DNA of 64,000 bases, taken from Promethearchaeota archaeon (GTDB lineage Archaea > Asgardarchaeota > Thorarchaeia > Thorarchaeales > Thorarchaeaceae). Position numbers and translations under genes: made by a program. Shown piece after piece: positions 57,535-64,000 of the stretch. Within the stretch, counting starts at the first letter, position 1. The number at the start of each line of letters is the position of its first letter. The notes under the pieces are model-generated. The model had not been told where the DNA came from. It ran no database searches and saw nothing but the letters and a program-made list of their open reading frames with translations. The stretch covers positions 75,099 to 139,098 of the forward strand of contig WJMJ01000018.1 of the NCBI GenBank assembly GCA_014728035.1, written 5' to 3'.

Positions 57535-58095
57535 ATGGGCAAAGTCAAAGACCCAATCGCTAAGCGCATTCGGAAGAAAGCTGCCAAGGACATAAAAGGT
57601 GGCTTCTTTGGAAAGATCACGCACTACATCCCCGGATGGCATGGATATCAAGAGAAAGAAGAACGTAGAGCCGCAGATAAGGTTCTTCGAGAGTTCATTG
57701 CGGACCAGCTTAGACTGGTTAAGCAAGACCTTGAGAAGCTCCAGATGATGGCTGTGGATTATGACCTAAGTAAGACTTGGGAAACGTTCGATAGAATGTT
57801 GAATCTGTGCGATAAGATGGAATCTGCTATTCGATATGCAGATTACGGTTATGCTGCATGGGGAAGCAAAGAGAAAATCAACGAGGGTGAACTCGACCAT
57901 ATGTACGAGTTCGATGCAACTCTACTCGAAGACATTGGTGCGATAAACGACGTTTCTGAAGAGTTCCTTGACCAGATGAATCAAGGAAAATTCGACGAAG
58001 CATGGAATTACACCTACCGAATGTGGCAGATCATGCAGCGTCTCGAAGAGAAATGGAATCAGAGAGAAGGCTACATGAAAGGCTATCAGGATTAA
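57535..58095 (+). CDS. conserved hypothetical helical protein
   Basis: aggag RBS; IPGWHGYQEKEERRAADKVLRE and YADYGY..W motifs. Confidence 0.8.
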   Translation: MGKVKDPIAKRIRKKAAKDIKGGFFGKITHYIPGWHGYQEKEERRAADKVLREFIADQLRLVKQDLEKLQMMAVDYDLSKTWETFDRMLNLCDKMESAIRYADYGYAAWGSKEKINEGELDHMYEFDATLLEDIGAINDVSEEFLDQMNQGKFDEAWNYTYRMWQIMQRLEEKWNQREGYMKGYQD

Positions 58096-58100
58096 TAATC

Positions 58101-58140
58101 TGGGGGTTTCCCCCCCACATCTCTTTCTTATTTTTTGGTT
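58101..58140 (+). terminator. G/C hairpin plus U-tract terminator
   Basis: tggggg...ccccca, followed by T-rich sequence. Confidence 0.6.
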
Positions 58141-58265
58141 TCTAATTTTTATATCTGAAAAGAAAAAAGGTTGACACATTCAACAGTTATTGACCGAGTA
58201 ATACTACAGTCATCCAACAAGATATCTACAATTGGCTTATTTGAAGTGCAAATCTTATACCAGTT

Positions 58266-58577
58266 ATGACTGATCCAATAGATAAAATTAGAACGTCATG
58301 CAACGAACTCATTGTGGCTCTAGAACAAGACTCGTGTCCCGACCTTATCGTTATTGCCATGAATTTCAGTAATGCCGTAGACCAAGCTATGGATGCGTAT
58401 AAACGGGGAGAGATTTCGGTCGATATGTCTGTAATGCCAAAAATTATGCATTCTTTTGCAACAGAAGAATTACCAGATTTATGTCGAGGAAATAAAGAGG
58501 ATAGAGAAAAAGCTCGAAAGCAATGTAGACTCTTTCTTATCACCATGGAAGAATTAGTACAGCCAAAGTCAAACTGA
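58266..58577 (+). CDS. hypothetical helical protein
   Basis: 103 aa ORF filling the gap between co-oriented genes. Confidence 0.65.
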   Translation: MTDPIDKIRTSCNELIVALEQDSCPDLIVIAMNFSNAVDQAMDAYKRGEISVDMSVMPKIMHSFATEELPDLCRGNKEDREKARKQCRLFLITMEELVQPKSN

Positions 58578-58666
58578 AATTCCGATTGTGTTCTAGCTGG
58601 TAGTAAAAGAAATTTATGAAACCAAATATTCTATTATCACATTGCAAAGAATCTCCTAGAAATACT

Positions 58667-59449
58667 ATGGAAAAAATCAATGTAGTAACAACAGAATTCT
58701 TTTCACAGAAAGAAATGATTCGGGGTCATTTTGTTGTCCCTGAAAAAATTAAAAGTCCGGTAGGTATTTGTAAATTCCATGGGCTACCTGGAGGACCAGA
58801 TCAAGTTGGTGGTATTGCATCAGATCTAGCTAGGATTGGAATTCCAGTACTAACATTCGATTTCAGAGGTTTTCGAAGAAGTGATGGTGTCTTCAGCTTG
58901 AGAGGAGAGATAGAAGATGCGAGAAATGCAGTATCCCATCTTATCGAATCGGAATATACATCAGCCAGTACAGTAATGGTCTACGGAGCAAGTTTTGGTG
59001 GAGCAATAGCTGTCTGTTCTGCTGCAAGAGATACCCGTATAACGGCTATTTGTCTAAGAGCTCCCCTCTATGATACAGAGAGATATTCTAGAGCTAGAGC
59101 AATCATACCTAGTATTTTCAAAGAGATTGAAAAAGAATCACCAGATGTTATGCATGGATTGGATGATGAAAAGACTAGGAACCAAATGATTGACCAACTA
59201 ATCGAAGATGCAAAAGAATTCAATCCAATGAGAGATATCTCAAAATTAGCCCCACGACCGGTGTTCATTACAACAGGAACAGACGATGAAGTAATAGATG
59301 TTGATGGAGTGAAAAGGCTGTATCATAAAGCTGGCAATCCCAAGCAATTGGAGATTGTTCAAGGAGCGGATCATAGACTTTCTGATATGGAAACGAAAGA
59401 TATTACACAAAAACTTGTACTGAATTGGTTTTCATCGATGACTCCATGA
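58667..59449 (+). CDS. alpha/beta hydrolase
   Basis: HGLPG, FDFRGFRRSDG, GASFGG nucleophile elbow, GTDDEV, GADH. Confidence 0.92.
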   Translation: MEKINVVTTEFFSQKEMIRGHFVVPEKIKSPVGICKFHGLPGGPDQVGGIASDLARIGIPVLTFDFRGFRRSDGVFSLRGEIEDARNAVSHLIESEYTSASTVMVYGASFGGAIAVCSAARDTRITAICLRAPLYDTERYSRARAIIPSIFKEIEKESPDVMHGLDDEKTRNQMIDQLIEDAKEFNPMRDISKLAPRPVFITTGTDDEVIDVDGVKRLYHKAGNPKQLEIVQGADHRLSDMETKDITQKLVLNWFSSMTP

Positions 59450-59518
59450 GAGCAAGAATTTGAGCTTAAATCGTTGAGGTTAAATAGCGGTTTGAAAACA
59501 AAGTATGAGGTGGATTGA

Positions 59519-59890
59519 ATGGTCCTGGACTCTTCATACGAAGACGACAAAGAAATTCTCTCTCAAGGTGACTCTGTTTCTCAGCTAATGGATAGACTAT
59601 CTGAGATGTCAACAATTCTTTCTGATTGTGATTGTTTATCTGCGGTAAGAAGTAGTCTTTTAGAAAAACAGCAACAAGTCAGAGATGCATTGAATACCAT
59701 TTGGTCGAAAGTTGAGAGTGGTATGTATAAAGTAGACTCTGTTGCTATGCTTAGAACTATCTGCACCATCACTAGCAAAGAACTAGAGAAGAAACTTGTA
59801 GATGATTCAATACCAACCTCGAGAGTTGCTCGTGAAGTAAACCTAATGGCAAACACCATGAAGTTTGTAGTAAAACCAAGATCGATTTGA
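59519..59890 (+). CDS. hypothetical helical protein
   Basis: gaggtg RBS; 123 aa. Confidence 0.65.
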   Translation: MVLDSSYEDDKEILSQGDSVSQLMDRLSEMSTILSDCDCLSAVRSSLLEKQQQVRDALNTIWSKVESGMYKVDSVAMLRTICTITSKELEKKLVDDSIPTSRVAREVNLMANTMKFVVKPRSI

Positions 59891-59950
59891 GTAGCATCTT
59901 TTTTTCACTCGTAACACTGATTAGGAAGCACTTGTCAAAAATAGCTGATT

Positions 59951-60712
59951 GTGATGCGAGTAACATTGTTAGGAACTGGCACGTCTATGCCAGACCCAGA
60001 GAGGGTACAATCAGGAATAATGATTCAAACCGAATCGCATGTATTTCTAATCGATTTGGGGTCAGGAGTATTACAACGGTTAGTGAGCTCAGGAATCGAC
60101 ATAACCAAAATTCAACACGTATTCATCAGTCACTTTCATGTAGACCACTGTTCTGACTTTCCTACGTTCTGTCAAAGTATGTGGTTAGCTGGATTCAACA
60201 AAACTCTTCATCTCTATGCACCACCCCAAGTCGATGAATGGTCTAAGGGAGTTCGGGAGATTGGATACCCATACCTATTAGAAAAATTGGATGTCGAGAT
60301 TCATCACCTTGATGAGAAAGCCACTGTAATGATTGGAAATTGTAAGATTACAACAACACCCACAACCCACGGATCAATGGACACTAGAGCTTTCAAAATG
60401 GAATGCTCCGGTAAGTCCATTGTCTATTCTTCGGATACCGCTCCTTCTTCAGAAATTGTCGATTTAGCCAAAGATACAGACCTCCTGATTCATGAATGTA
60501 ATTGGCTTGATGGAGAGTATCCAAAGAAGGTCCACACCAGTCCTTCCGAACTACACGAGGTCATTTCAAAAGCCACACCAAAACGAGTAGTTGTAACTCA
60601 TGTTTCTCCTCAAGTCGTTGAAAACTGGGAAACTGTAAAATCAATCATCTCACATGGCTTAGATGTTGACGCGTTACTTGGAGAGGACCTCCTCGCTCTC
60701 GAAGTTTTATGA
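59951..60712 (+). CDS. MBL-fold metallohydrolase, RNase Z/BN-like
   Basis: LLGTG, LIDLGSG, SHFHVDH, YSSDT, LIHEC, HTS, VTH. Confidence 0.92.
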   Translation: MMRVTLLGTGTSMPDPERVQSGIMIQTESHVFLIDLGSGVLQRLVSSGIDITKIQHVFISHFHVDHCSDFPTFCQSMWLAGFNKTLHLYAPPQVDEWSKGVREIGYPYLLEKLDVEIHHLDEKATVMIGNCKITTTPTTHGSMDTRAFKMECSGKSIVYSSDTAPSSEIVDLAKDTDLLIHECNWLDGEYPKKVHTSPSELHEVISKATPKRVVVTHVSPQVVENWETVKSIISHGLDVDALLGEDLLALEVL

Positions 60713-60823
60713 AAAATACATTTTATCTTCTATTGAGCATGTCATACATGTACCTAATATGAGGATTTATTAGTACTTTCTCCTCTACATTCTTAGGCGA
60801 GTTAGTAATTCGGCAAATAAACT

Positions 60824-60940
60824 AAGGCGACGGAGCTTACTTAGTTTTTCGTTACGCTTTTGCTAGAATTCCTAGCCGAGGACGAAATGCCCTCAATTAC
60901 GAAACTCCCCCTCCTACCACGAATGTCGGCTCCGTTGCCA
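60824..60940. ncRNA. candidate structured RNA element (multi-stem junction)
   Basis: 11-bp outer stem 60826-60836/60929-60939 enclosing tttcgt/acgaaa, gctag/ctagc and gaggac/gccctc stems. Confidence 0.4.
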
Positions 60941-61255
60941 CCTTTTGCATATCGGTTTAAGATGCTAGAATATCCGAGGGAATTTGGATAGACTCATCCA
61001 CAATTGAATGCTTCATGACCAAAACTGCGAAGTGATAGAATATCCACCTTCTCCTCGACGTGCCGTACCTCCTCGCGGATATTTGATTTAGTGTGTACAA
61101 TAGACCTAACATTGTATGAAGAATAGATGCAGAATCAACTCTCCCCCTCGCGACCCAACTGCTTGCAAACTCCTTCAATTATAGTGGATAGATAGTATGT
61201 GGGGAAGAAAGATAGAAACTGAAAAGAAATATTAAGCAGTTCAGGAAAATTAATT

Positions 61256-63826
61256 GTGGTAATCGTAATGAGGGAAAGTTCCTATATATCAATAATGATA
61301 GTATGTGTAATTCTTCTTAGTCCAATCCTGACCACATCGGTGACTATGGAAGTTGGATATTTGGATAATCAGCATGAAGGTGCTATTAATTCAGTGACAA
61401 GAGATGTTGAATTCAAATTGTCGAAAGATTATGGTTTCCGCAATACAATCACGCAGCAGGATTTTGCTGACAGGTCAGCTGATTACATTGTTCAAGCTAT
61501 AGATAATTTTGTTCCGAACGGAATCCAAAAAGTTCAGGAAGTGGATTTGTACTACACCTCTGTTGATATGACAATATCAACAATTCATGTTATCGAAGAT
61601 CGAGATTTTGGTGCAGGAGAAGTGTATTTCAATCTTAGAATGAATGATTATGACCAGAGAGATTATACATATGACAATGGAGGTGCATTTTATAGTGCGA
61701 ACGACGGAGATTACATTAACGTAGATATATCGATTTCAACCTATCTTCAAAGTATGGATGGGTGGTTTTGTATAGAAGCACATGGATGGGAATCTGATAT
61801 TGATTATGATGACTATATGGGAGGAGGTAAACTCTGGTATAACCTAAAAGGATACAGTTCTCGTTTAATAAGTGGCTGGTGGAGCTTGGACACATATTCT
61901 CCAGATGGGGGGAATAACAATCTGCAGTTGGAGATGGAAATAGATATAGAGTTCACCGACATAGAGATACAGCATTATCCTCAAGATTTCAGTACAGAAA
62001 ATGATGGATCATGGCTAATATCTGCAGTTTATTTCCCAAAGGTACACTATGATACCTTTGATTCTGCGGACATTGTTCCAATAAAGGAGGTTTATGAGCA
62101 AGTATACTATGGCTATGATTCGAGTAGAGGAAAGAATGTATACCTCATATACTATCTCTTTTACTGGGATTATGAATTGGACAACTTTGGCCTTAATTTT
62201 GGACATTATTATGACTACGAACCATTATTGATGTTTGTTGAAAACATAGGAGATGAACCATATAGAATTGTGTATAGAGATGTAGGATCTCACACGCTTC
62301 CGCCAAAATTGATCATTCAAGATTCTTTCTCGTCAACCGAATCATCAACTACGAGTGTAGAGGTATCGACTGAACTAAAACCACTACTTGGAGATAGCTG
62401 CAGTGTATCATATAGAAAGACCAACGAGTATTTTGACAGTTCGATTTACAAATATGATACAGATCATGGATTAACACCATTCATGTCAGTTCCTCACATC
62501 ACAATAACAAATACCTATCACCAAATGGAAGTAGGGGTGCCATTAGGTAGTATTGATGCTGATGTATATCCATTAAAGTCATATCTTCTTCCGATGTCAG
62601 ATAGCGTAATCGGTTTAGGGTACGAACGACTTGATGAAGCATTTTCTTCCACAATCAATGTCTATGAAGGCGTTCAGTTGTGGAATGGAGGAGATTATCG
62701 AGTTCCAGAATATATGTCGCTAACATATGATATGCTACATAACCCATTTGAATTTCCATATATTGTGGATTGCTGGGAAGATGTTGCACATTACACGGAA
62801 GCAAAAGTAGACTTCAAAGAGAATGGATTCTTCTATGACATGGACTTGGGAGTGACCTTCACGGTTCCCGCTACGGTGACTTTGTCAGTCCCATCAGAAG
62901 TGGTGCTTGGAGAGTCATATGAAGTTGGAATAGACCTCTCATTAGACTCGAACGAAATTATTGTCAATTTCGACTATAGTATCGCGCTCCAATTCATTTT
63001 GCAATGGTGGTTCATTGATATTGACGAAATAGCAAATTTTGATGGCGCTATGGAATTTGCTGTGAATCTTGATGAAATAGCAGATACCTTGAATGCGTTA
63101 GATTTCTCGGGTGAGGATATAACAGGCAATTACCATGAGGGATGGTTCACCGTTACAGATTTTGAATCTAGCCCTAATTTACTCTCAACACTTCTTGATT
63201 GCACTGTAGAGATTCATATGCTACGGATTCTCAAAGATCTACTGGGAACTACACCAGTGGGTATGATAGTAGATTTGGTTGACTATCTCATGGATGATGT
63301 GGATATTATTGCAAATCCAAAAATTAGTGGATTCATGACAGCGAATATTGAAACAGAAAATTCCGCATTGTCTCTGGATAAATCGACCTTGGAATTTAAA
63401 GAGGGAACCACACATCAAGAAATTACAATGGAGGTTGCAAGTACTTCTACCGAAACAACATCAGGAATTCGTCTTGCCAATATGCAATATCATCTTAATT
63501 TTGCTACAGACTGGAGTGTAGAACTGGACTTTTCAAATCTCATGAACAATTTTGTTTCAGACAACACGATTCCTATAGGAACATTCCCAGATATTACTGT
63601 ATCAAGTGATGAACACGCTCTGGAAGCAGATACCAAGACAGGATATGAAGATATGATTGATTTGAGAATTAAAGCTCAAGCAATATCTACAGAAACAACA
63701 TCACAAGATGGTATCATTCCTGGTGGAGATATATTAGGTAACCAAATAGTTTCAATTGGAATAACGATGGGAGGAATTGTAGTTGTTATTGCTGGAGTCG
63801 TACTGATTAAGAGAAAGACAGAATAA
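61256..63826 (+). CDS. secreted, C-terminally anchored surface protein (C2-like and NPP1/Vps62-like segments)
   Basis: Signal peptide; DRDFGAGEVYF...WESDIDYDDYMG; YYLFYW...GHYYDYE; TM helix and KRK tail. Confidence 0.75.
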   Translation: MVIVMRESSYISIMIVCVILLSPILTTSVTMEVGYLDNQHEGAINSVTRDVEFKLSKDYGFRNTITQQDFADRSADYIVQAIDNFVPNGIQKVQEVDLYYTSVDMTISTIHVIEDRDFGAGEVYFNLRMNDYDQRDYTYDNGGAFYSANDGDYINVDISISTYLQSMDGWFCIEAHGWESDIDYDDYMGGGKLWYNLKGYSSRLISGWWSLDTYSPDGGNNNLQLEMEIDIEFTDIEIQHYPQDFSTENDGSWLISAVYFPKVHYDTFDSADIVPIKEVYEQVYYGYDSSRGKNVYLIYYLFYWDYELDNFGLNFGHYYDYEPLLMFVENIGDEPYRIVYRDVGSHTLPPKLIIQDSFSSTESSTTSVEVSTELKPLLGDSCSVSYRKTNEYFDSSIYKYDTDHGLTPFMSVPHITITNTYHQMEVGVPLGSIDADVYPLKSYLLPMSDSVIGLGYERLDEAFSSTINVYEGVQLWNGGDYRVPEYMSLTYDMLHNPFEFPYIVDCWEDVAHYTEAKVDFKENGFFYDMDLGVTFTVPATVTLSVPSEVVLGESYEVGIDLSLDSNEIIVNFDYSIALQFILQWWFIDIDEIANFDGAMEFAVNLDEIADTLNALDFSGEDITGNYHEGWFTVTDFESSPNLLSTLLDCTVEIHMLRILKDLLGTTPVGMIVDLVDYLMDDVDIIANPKISGFMTANIETENSALSLDKSTLEFKEGTTHQEITMEVASTSTETTSGIRLANMQYHLNFATDWSVELDFSNLMNNFVSDNTIPIGTFPDITVSSDEHALEADTKTGYEDMIDLRIKAQAISTETTSQDGIIPGGDILGNQIVSIGITMGGIVVVIAGVVLIKRKTE

Positions 63827-63861
63827 CACATGGTGATTCTTGGTAAAGAGGGAACTCAGAA

Positions 63862-63999
63862 TCATATATAGTCAGAATATCGAACCTTTTCTGGGTTTCC
63901 TGGCTCATACATCTCACGAAGATTCAAAGTTCCGAAGACACTCATCAATATCCACAAGGGGGATAATTCTGTCAGATTAGGAAGTTGCGGGATAAGAAG
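63862..63999 (-). CDS. 3' end of a CDS running off the window
   Basis: Open frame LLIPQLPNLTELSPLWILMSVFG...YSDYI ending at TGA 63862-63864. Confidence 0.4.
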   Translation of the reverse strand, partial: LLIPQLPNLTELSPLWILMSVFGTLNLREMYEPGNPEKVRYSDYI

Positions 64000-64000
64000 A

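Noticed and set aside
60877-60890. cgaggacgaaa resembles the 3' half of a hammerhead ribozyme core
   Set aside because: No CUGANGA element upstream on the same strand
60957-61178. 73-aa minus-strand ORF in the structured gap
   Set aside because: TTG start, atypical composition, no motif
1-64000. Many short ORFs antisense to or nested in long genes; search for CRISPR arrays, tRNA, rRNA and transposases
   Set aside because: The shadow ORFs lack motifs and lie within well-supported genes; no spaced direct repeats, cloverleafs or transposase motifs were seen by eye

Overview
Archaeal chromosomal segment, most likely from an Asgard archaeon (Thorarchaeia-like). This is an inference from the archaeal-type MAT, CoaD, GlyRS, TrpRS, AlaX and Nre, together with multi-PAS signalling proteins, YbjN-like proteins and several eukaryote-like proteins. 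About 45 CDS; no rRNA, tRNA, CRISPR array or transposase was recognised. Housekeeping genes: ferritin, coaD, glyS, class II HMG-CoA reductase, AlaX, trpS, NhaP, archaeal MAT. Most notable: (1) a convergent pair of alpha-SNAP-like TPR proteins, one with two Ig-like domains, giving the layout of a miniature TRAPPII/III large subunit; (2) a CINP/C1orf109-like gene directly downstream of a motif-degenerate Ski2/Hel308-like helicase; (3) a stand-alone 7TM receptor tightly linked to a Zn-finger protein with a folliculin/DENN-like region; (4) two tandem giant paralogous Trp/Tyr-rich surface glycoproteins (about 2000 and 2260 aa) next to a SpoIIM-domain polytopic membrane protein; (5) a roughly 400-nt structured intergenic region that may be an ncRNA. 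All family assignments are by-eye motif recognition; no database search was run.
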